Positions 26,053 through 32,310 of a stretch of 32,310 nucleotides of DNA are shown in pieces. Source of the DNA: Waddliaceae bacterium (GTDB lineage: Bacteria > Chlamydiota > Chlamydiia > Chlamydiales > SLOH01). The notes under the pieces are model-generated. The model saw only the letters and a program-made list of their open reading frames with translations, did not search any database and was not told where the DNA came from. Numbering within the stretch: the first letter of the stretch is position 1; the number at the start of each line of letters is the position of its first letter. The stretch spans positions 1 through 32,310 of the forward strand of contig JBBDJA010000009.1 of assembly GCA_040880105.1 (NCBI GenBank), read 5' to 3'. Both the position numbers and the translations under genes were made by a program.

Positions 26053-26655
26053 ATGGACGATAAAGAAAAAGAGTTTGAAGAAGAGCTTAACCTTAATGCC
26101 GACGACGACCAAGACCTAAGTGAGGATGAAGACGAAGATGAGGAAGAGGGCGAAATTGAAGAAGAAAGTGAAATCGAGGAAGAAAGTGAAATCGAGGATG
26201 AAGACGAAGACGAGGATGTAGAAGTAGAGAGTGACGAGGACGAAGAAGTAGAAAGCGACGAGAACGAAGAAGTAGAAAGCGACGAGAACGAGGAAGAGGA
26301 AGACGAGATGCTTCCTGAGACTGATGCACCAAGGAGAGAGGCTCCTAAAGTCGAAAGTGACGATGAAAAAAGCGATGAAGATATTCCTCAATCAAAAATA
26401 CCAATAGAAAAACAGGAAAGACCCGAAATATCCTCTCCTGAAGAAATACCTCTGACTGTCAATGTTGAGGTCGGACGCATCCGCATGAGCCTTGCTGATC
26501 TTGCAAGTCTTCAGCCGGGAAACCTTCTGGACTTAGGCATCAACCCCGAAGAGGGTGTTGACCTTGTCATCGGGGGAAAACGATTAGCCAAAGCAGAACT
26601 CCTTCAAATTGGTGAAACTGTCGGTGTTCGCATCCTTGAAATCGGCAATGAGTGA
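26053..26655 (+). CDS. SctQ C-terminal part (acidic tract + SPOA2, FliN/HrcQB-like)
   Basis: IPLTVNVEVGRIRMSLADLASLQPGNLLDL...VDLVIGGKRLAKAELLQIGETVGVRILEI. Has its own AAGGA RBS and ATG. Confidence 0.88.
   Translation: MDDKEKEFEEELNLNADDDQDLSEDEDEDEEEGEIEEESEIEEESEIEDEDEDEDVEVESDEDEEVESDENEEVESDENEEEEDEMLPETDAPRREAPKVESDDEKSDEDIPQSKIPIEKQERPEISSPEEIPLTVNVEVGRIRMSLADLASLQPGNLLDLGINPEEGVDLVIGGKRLAKAELLQIGETVGVRILEIGNE
26152..26292 (+). repeat. Coding tandem repeats in the acidic tract of SctQ-C
   Basis: 3 x 18 bp (GAAATCGAGGAAGAAAGT-like; EIEEES) at 26152-26205 and 3 x 24 bp (GAAGTAGAAAGCGACGAGAACGAA-like; EVESDENE) at 26221-26292. Confidence 0.85.
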
Positions 26656-28240
26656 CCTCGATTCGCATAAACAACCCACTTTACCTTATGCTGCCAGAGA
26701 TGAAGAAGCGGAGAGCGCACAAGAAATCCCTAAAGCAATCGGTCCTTATCAAGTAGAGGCTCTACTTGAAAAGGGCGGAATGAGCAACCTCTATCTCGCC
26801 ACGCATCCTGAGACTAAACAACCGACAACAGTTAAGGCTCTCTTACCCAAGTACCTCTCAAATACAGAGGTTGTGGAAAGGTTTCTGAAAGAATCTGAAA
26901 TTATTTCCCTAGCCGATCATCCAAATATTGTAAAACTCTTCGACCAAGGGGAATGGGAAGGGGGACTCTATATTGCAATGGAGTATATCCAAGGGATGTC
27001 CTTGAGACAATTCCTCCTTCAAACTCCTCTCTCCCTTAAACGCTCCCTGCAGATGATTCTCGATATTAGCTATGCGATTTGCCACCTTCACACGCACGGG
27101 GTGATCCACCGAGATCTCAAACCTGAGAATGTTCTTGTGACAGAGGACGGTGAAATTAAAGTTATTGATTTTGGCATTGCACAATTGCTAACGGAACAAC
27201 CACTCGATGTGACGCCATCAAAGCCAAAGTTGATTGGAACTCCCATTTACATGAGTCCAGAACAGAGAAAGGACCCTGAAAAGGTATCCTATCCATCTGA
27301 CATCTACTCCCTTGGAATTATTGCCTATGAACTCATCTTAGGTAAGCTTTCTCATGGTCGCATCCATTTGTCGCTGATGCCGCAAGGAGTTCAGAAAATT
27401 CTTCACAAAGCCTTGCAAAAAGATCCGGATAAGAGGTATCAGGATGTTGTAGAATTCATCTCAGAACTATCTGATTTCCTTTACTCCCCCGAAGTGCAAA
27501 AAATAAAAACAGTCAAAGATCAACTCAGCGCGCTCACAGAAGATTTACGCGAAGTCCAAAGTAATTTCAGCAATCTCACAATACCAGATTGGCCAAATAT
27601 AGAGATTGTAAGCTACCCTCACACCGGCACCTCGATTGGAAGTTGCGCCTATGAATTTATCGAGTTAGAAAAGAATAAATACGCGATTTTCGCCCTTGAA
27701 TCACTTGCCAAAGGTGCTGAAGGACTCATCCAACTAACCGAAGTTAAAGCGTATTTAAAAACCTGCGATCTCCACTCTACAAATTGGGTATCGGTACTCA
27801 ATCAGAAAATTTATGACTCTTGCTTAGGGTCCTCTCTTCTCTTAAGCTACCTCATTGTATCACCCGAAGACAACAGCTTAAGTTATCTTAACTGCGGCTT
27901 CGCCCCTCTATGGAAATATTCTGAAAAAAACCAAGAAGCGCGTCCGATTCTCCAAGAGACACTTGCCCTTGGAATCGACAAGGAATTTAATGCAGAGCCT
28001 ATCGAAGAGACGTGGGGGCCCGGAGAGACACTTCTTCTACCTTCATTTAATCTTTCGAAGACTCCACAGTTTCAAAAATCAAACGATCTTAAGAAAAGAA
28101 TGGAGAAGATTCTCAAAGAAAGCTACCGGCAAAGCCTCGAAAAGACAATTGAAAATTTGATTCGAAAAAGTCAGTCATCGACAATACAACCGATCCAAAA
28201 CCGCCCACAGGCAGCTTTAGGATTAAAAAACTTAAAATAG
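26648..28240 (+). CDS. pkn5: Ser/Thr protein kinase Pkn5-like with degenerate C-terminal PP2C/SpoIIE domain (start reassigned to ATG 26648)
   Basis: Hanks motifs LEKGGMS, TVK, HRDLKPEN, DFG, GTPIYMSPEQ and SDIYSLG. Sits between cdsQ and cdsC like CT673. Confidence 0.9.
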   Translation: MSDLDSHKQPTLPYAARDEEAESAQEIPKAIGPYQVEALLEKGGMSNLYLATHPETKQPTTVKALLPKYLSNTEVVERFLKESEIISLADHPNIVKLFDQGEWEGGLYIAMEYIQGMSLRQFLLQTPLSLKRSLQMILDISYAICHLHTHGVIHRDLKPENVLVTEDGEIKVIDFGIAQLLTEQPLDVTPSKPKLIGTPIYMSPEQRKDPEKVSYPSDIYSLGIIAYELILGKLSHGRIHLSLMPQGVQKILHKALQKDPDKRYQDVVEFISELSDFLYSPEVQKIKTVKDQLSALTEDLREVQSNFSNLTIPDWPNIEIVSYPHTGTSIGSCAYEFIELEKNKYAIFALESLAKGAEGLIQLTEVKAYLKTCDLHSTNWVSVLNQKIYDSCLGSSLLLSYLIVSPEDNSLSYLNCGFAPLWKYSEKNQEARPILQETLALGIDKEFNAEPIEETWGPGETLLLPSFNLSKTPQFQKSNDLKKRMEKILKESYRQSLEKTIENLIRKSQSSTIQPIQNRPQAALGLKNLK

Positions 28241-28253
28241 TAGATTCATTTTA

Positions 28254-28415
28254 GAGCCTCTGACTCACTCGGATCGACTCAATTTTGCATGAATTTTTTC
28301 TAAAATTTGAAAAATCAACCCGAGGTTAACCACTTGTTGATTAACAGAGTGTATTTTTCTTAAACTCCCTCGAAAAAGGCGTTAAATTTAACAATCTAAC
28401 GTGAATCAGGGGTTC
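28254..28415. mobile_element. Putative MITE-like / palindromic non-coding element (162 bp)
   Basis: Imperfect 15-bp terminal inverted repeats GAGCCTCTGACTCAC / GTGAATCAGGGGTTC (12/15) with internal palindromes. No ORF. Confidence 0.4.
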
Positions 28416-28547
28416 CTTTAGAAAACGTGCAACCTCTTCAACAGTCACATACGAAATTTTCCTATGCAATAATCAAAGGATTTGAGATAAATAGCCCTTA
28501 ATATTAACGAGTAGAGTTCTCTATTTTCAACACTAGGTACCAGACAG

Positions 28548-31178
28548 ATGAGTATTAATCGTCTCATCACATTCTCTATCCTTGCAATTATTCATGGATC
28601 GTTGCCTGCGCATGGGGCAGAGGCTAATCCTTTCGATAATGACTATTTTGTCATTGAAGAATCGACAAACGAGAGACAGACCCACTCTACCTCTCCAAGC
28701 TCCTCATTTTTTGCAATTGAAGAAGATAATATCCAAGAAGATGAGACGTTGCACACACAATCGATCTCACCATTCGACGATGACTCCATTTACGAGTTTG
28801 AATACGTCGATAACCGTAAATTAGAAACTCCGACTCCCGATCATATCGCCCAAAATGAACCTCAAGCAGTTATTCAGGAGACACCTCCGGGCGAACCAAA
28901 TACCATTCTGATTAACTTCACAAATGTCGACATCGTTGAACTCATTCGGTTTGTAAGTCGCATCTCAAACAAAAATTTCATTTTTGACGAAAATCAGTTG
29001 AATTTTCAGGTCACCATTATTTCCGAAGAGCCGACAACTGTCGATCACATAGTCACAGCCCTACTGCAAGAGCTCCGTATCAATGGCTTCCAAGTCATTG
29101 AACAAGGCAATAACTTGATCATCCATCCACTGTCAAATGTGAGAAGCATCTCAAGAATCCAGGTCGAAGGTGAGCCCGAGAGTAACGGAACCGAGCTTGT
29201 GACCCAAGTCTTCCGCCTCAATACACTAGATCCTGCGACAGCTTCAGCAATTGTCATTCCACTCACATCGCCACAAGCATTAATTGAATCCTCCCCAGAA
29301 ACGCGCCACCTGATTGTGACCGATTTAGTTGATAATGTGAAAAAGATCGCTCAGCTCATTCGAAGTCTAGATTCACCGAGCGGTGGACTTACAATTGGAG
29401 AGTACCGTGTGCAATCGGATGATGTGAATAATCTTGTGATGCTTACCCGTCAAATCATGGATCCCATTGTTGCCGGTCAAACGTTTCAATTTGTTGCCCA
29501 TACTGGTGCAAACAGAATATTTATCATATCCTCCCCATATCTTGTCGAAAGAGCCATCTCTATTTTAGAGGAAGTCGATCGGCTTGATGGAGAGACGAGA
29601 ATTTTAGATTTGGATCGCCTCAGACCGACCCTCGATCGAGCGCCAGGACCGCTGCCGGTAGACGCGTCCGCCGCCGAAGGGTATTGGGAGCTTGGTCCCG
29701 ACGGTCGAAGACAATTTCGCACGCCGGCGCGCGTCGAAAATGGCCGCTCGCGTCCCGAAGGCAACTGGCTTTTAGACCCTAACGGTAATTGGTTTTTCCT
29801 ACCAAGAGATAGTGCAGCCCCCTTTGGCTTGAGAAGAGAAGGTCCACAAGTACAGCCTGGAGAGCAGCCAAGAGGAACATGGCAGCTTGCTCCCGATGGA
29901 TCTTGGGTATTTCAACTCGCCCCTACCGAACAAATCGCGCCTGCTCGTGTGATTAGAGAGTCGCGATTCCTTGAAGAGGCACCGGTTGGAACCCTTGAAC
30001 GTACGAAGTTTTATATCCATAAACTAAAATACCGTTTAGGCGCTGAAATACAAGATGCTCTACTTCGTATCTCAGCAAGCTTGCGACCCGAACTGATCAA
30101 TCCGGACTTGATCGATGCCATATCAACTGTACAGTGGATCGAAACCTCAAACTCGCTCATTATCACAGGGACCGGCCAAGCCATTTCCAGAGTCAGAGAC
30201 CTGATTCAAGAAGTCGACGTTCCTTTAAGACAAGTCTTCATTGAAATGCTGATCCTCGACACAACAATTTCAGACTCTTTAAACTTTGGAGTGAGCTGGG
30301 GCTCTAGATCCGGCGGAGCAAATACAGCGACTTCTCAAGGATTCATTGGTGGCGCTGTTCCCCTTCCTCAGCTACTAGATACAGGTGGGATTCGCAACGG
30401 TGTCGTTCAAACGCCCGATGCGTCTATTGTTGCGCGCCAAATCGGCTACACTCTTGGTGTCATCGGTCAGGCGATTACTCACAATGGAACGCAATTTTCT
30501 GAACTTGCAGCCCTTGTAAGAGCGATCCATGAAAGACGCAATTCCCGCATCGTTCTTAACCCTAAAATTATTGCTGAAGATGGTGTCACTGCCGAAATCT
30601 TCGTTGGACTCAATGTCCCCTACCGTACACAGTCGATTTCAAACGACGAAGGCAGCATCTTGACCTCAAACTTTGAGTATCGAGATGTAGGAACCACTCT
30701 TCGCGTCACACCCTACTTAAACAGCGATGACATCATCACTTTGGAAATTGAACAAGAATCAAGTAGTCTTGAACCTATAACTGAAATCATCGGAGCAGAA
30801 TCTCCCGGTCCAACCACTCGGATCAATCGTACACGCACCCGTTTCCACGTTCCAAACGAGCATTTCCTCGTGATGAGCGGGATGATCGATGATCAAGAAA
30901 ACAAAGGCCGCGTGCAAGTGCCTTGCTTGGGCGGACTTCCACTCATTGGATGGGCTTTCAGCGACCATCGATCTGATGACACGAAGCGCAATCTTATGCT
31001 CTTTATTCGTCCTCAAATCGTCAATAGCATAGATGAAATTCGAGAACTGACACGACATCAACAAAATGTATATAAAATCAAAAATCATATCGATCCGAGC
31101 TGGAAAGTCGAAGTGGATGAGGCTTTTGAATGGATTAACATCAATCGCGACTGCTGTGAACAAGGTTGTTGCGATTAG
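28548..31178 (+). CDS. cdsC: T3SS outer membrane secretin SctC (GspD-like)
   Basis: Signal peptide, N0 domain ILINFTNVDIVELIRFVSRISNKNFIFD, RQVFIEMLIL, EYRDVGTTLRVTP and VPCLGGLPLIGWAF...LMLFIRPQIV. Confidence 0.96.
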   Translation: MSINRLITFSILAIIHGSLPAHGAEANPFDNDYFVIEESTNERQTHSTSPSSSFFAIEEDNIQEDETLHTQSISPFDDDSIYEFEYVDNRKLETPTPDHIAQNEPQAVIQETPPGEPNTILINFTNVDIVELIRFVSRISNKNFIFDENQLNFQVTIISEEPTTVDHIVTALLQELRINGFQVIEQGNNLIIHPLSNVRSISRIQVEGEPESNGTELVTQVFRLNTLDPATASAIVIPLTSPQALIESSPETRHLIVTDLVDNVKKIAQLIRSLDSPSGGLTIGEYRVQSDDVNNLVMLTRQIMDPIVAGQTFQFVAHTGANRIFIISSPYLVERAISILEEVDRLDGETRILDLDRLRPTLDRAPGPLPVDASAAEGYWELGPDGRRQFRTPARVENGRSRPEGNWLLDPNGNWFFLPRDSAAPFGLRREGPQVQPGEQPRGTWQLAPDGSWVFQLAPTEQIAPARVIRESRFLEEAPVGTLERTKFYIHKLKYRLGAEIQDALLRISASLRPELINPDLIDAISTVQWIETSNSLIITGTGQAISRVRDLIQEVDVPLRQVFIEMLILDTTISDSLNFGVSWGSRSGGANTATSQGFIGGAVPLPQLLDTGGIRNGVVQTPDASIVARQIGYTLGVIGQAITHNGTQFSELAALVRAIHERRNSRIVLNPKIIAEDGVTAEIFVGLNVPYRTQSISNDEGSILTSNFEYRDVGTTLRVTPYLNSDDIITLEIEQESSSLEPITEIIGAESPGPTTRINRTRTRFHVPNEHFLVMSGMIDDQENKGRVQVPCLGGLPLIGWAFSDHRSDDTKRNLMLFIRPQIVNSIDEIRELTRHQQNVYKIKNHIDPSWKVEVDEAFEWININRDCCEQGCCD

Positions 31179-32115
31179 CAGCTGCCTTGCAGTCTCTCTT
31201 TTTCTAAACTGTTGTCATCCAAGAAGCGCATTGCTTGAACCTTCAATCTCCCTTTGCCCTGACCCTTGTTTAGTCAGGAGCTTGCCACCTCCCCCCTTTC
31301 TCCCTATTAGCAAGGCTGAAAATGGTAAGGAGTGGGTCAAGGAGCTCTATTTAGGAAACCAGTTTGCATTGGAGTTCGACCTTTATCGGGCAATTACCTC
31401 ATACAAGCGCGCATACCTTCTTTTACCTAAACGAGAGTTTGACCGCCGCAGGCAACTCCAATTTCTGATTGCAAAGTGCTATTATTTAGGCTGCAAATAC
31501 TGTGATGTGATTGAAACATTTGAAAATACAGAACTTTTTGACATAGACTTGAGTTTCCCCGGCTACCGCGAACTTCTTATCATGCTCTATGACTCGTATA
31601 AACTGACAGGGCAGTGCAAAAAAAGTGAAGCCGTCCTACAAATGATCGAAATCGAAAATCCCCTAAACGGATCACAATTTAGGCTCGGCGAGGCCATTGA
31701 GCAAGGCAATCTTTCCTGCCTAATCCCGCTCTCTTCCGGGACTTCCTCTGAGATCGCTATTTCTGAATTTAACTGTTGTTTTGCCCAAAATGCCCTTTCG
31801 GTTCAGACAGCACAAACGTTAAACGCTGTGATTCCCGGAGCTGGCTACCTTTATGTGGGGCAAAAAAAAACAGCCCTGACCTCTTTTCTGATTAATGCCG
31901 CCTTTATAGCAGCGACTTGGCATTTTATCGAAGAGAACAACTGGGGGGCGGCAGGCATATCCGGAAGCCTTGAACTCGGTTGGTACTTAGGCGGCATCAA
32001 TGGCGCCGGACTTGCTGCAAAGGAGTTTAATGAAACTCTTTATAACCGCATGGGTAGAAAAGTCATGATCCAAGAGAGACTCTTTCCTATACTCCACTTT
32101 GAGACCTCTTTTTGA
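31156..32115 (+). CDS. TPR-containing putative lipoprotein/membrane protein (start uncertain: GTG 31156 or ATG 31117)
   Basis: Hydrophobic N-terminus ending LFLNCC, TPR-like DLYRAITSYKRA and C-terminal LNAVIPGAGYLYVGQ membrane motif. Confidence 0.7.
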   Translation: MNKVVAISSCLAVSLFLNCCHPRSALLEPSISLCPDPCLVRSLPPPPFLPISKAENGKEWVKELYLGNQFALEFDLYRAITSYKRAYLLLPKREFDRRRQLQFLIAKCYYLGCKYCDVIETFENTELFDIDLSFPGYRELLIMLYDSYKLTGQCKKSEAVLQMIEIENPLNGSQFRLGEAIEQGNLSCLIPLSSGTSSEIAISEFNCCFAQNALSVQTAQTLNAVIPGAGYLYVGQKKTALTSFLINAAFIAATWHFIEENNWGAAGISGSLELGWYLGGINGAGLAAKEFNETLYNRMGRKVMIQERLFPILHFETSF

Positions 32116-32117
32116 CA

Positions 32118-32310
32118 ATGAGATTTTGTTTTCTGCTTCTTCTACCTGCTCTTCTATTTTGCGATCCTTGGGGGAAAGATGCGGATCTTAACAGAAAAAG
32201 GCCAAATTCACATAAAAAGTACGGCCTTGCTTACCCCATCGTCGAATCTTGCCCTCCTGAGTGCAATACACCGTTTCTAAGCGCGTTTGCAGAAGCTTCC
32301 ATCTACTTCC
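32118..32310 (+). CDS. Partial ORF, probably chlamydial YidD-like membrane protein insertion efficiency factor (3'-truncated)
   Basis: Open frame MRFCFLLLLPALLFCDPWGKDADL... runs to the window end, 2 bp after the TPR gene. The product call rests on my recollection of this N-terminal motif and gene pairing in Chlamydiae. Confidence 0.5.
   Translation, partial: MRFCFLLLLPALLFCDPWGKDADLNRKRPNSHKKYGLAYPIVESCPPECNTPFLSAFAEASIYF

Noticed and set aside
26152..26292. Short direct repeats considered as a CRISPR array
   Set aside because: They are in-frame coding tandem repeats without unique spacers, and there are no cas genes in the window.
20811..26647. Longer ORF-track starts for cdsF (20811), CT668-like (21597), cdsO (23588) and pkn5 (26609)
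   Set aside because: Three of these extensions overlap upstream genes and the cdsF one overlaps promoter-like DNA. The downstream ATGs have good RBSs or coupling and match family N-termini.
28548..31178. GspD-like secretin as evidence of a type II secretion system
   Set aside because: Chlamydial SctC is known to be GspD-like. It sits at the canonical cdsC position and no other gsp genes are present.

Overview
This is a chromosomal window from a member of the Chlamydiae, most likely an environmental, non-Chlamydiaceae lineage (inferred from gene content and order). It opens with the 3' part of tRNA-Gly(GCC) and a tig-clpP-clpX operon with an overlapping GNAT gene. A convergent, AT-rich RHH-antitoxin/YafQ toxin-antitoxin pair follows. 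A ~26 kb, all-plus-strand type III secretion (T3SS) region then runs from 5099 to 31178. Its first part encodes three large uncharacterised proteins (911, 918 and 439 aa), an LcrH/SycD chaperone, an oversized CopB-like translocator, a second LcrH/SycD chaperone, two unknowns and a CopD-like protein. Its second part is the canonical chlamydial CT663-CT674-type cluster: scc4, cdsD, E, F, G, CT668-like, cdsN, O, P, Q, pkn5, cdsC. The window ends with a TPR protein and a partial YidD-like gene. The most interesting signals are: (1) candidate giant needle-tip or filament proteins at the lcrV-like position, one with a tandemly duplicated ~240-280 aa domain inserted between filament-type terminal helices; (2) two mutually exclusive G-U-rich RNA hairpins upstream of the needle gene cdsF, plus a hairpin downstream of it; (3) cdsQ split into two ORFs that one extra A would fuse; (4) an intact Pkn5 kinase fused to a degenerate PP2C domain; (5) Trp-rich hairpin repeats inserted in the secretin; (6) a MITE-like element upstream of cdsC. 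All family calls come from motif recognition and synteny by eye; no searches were run.
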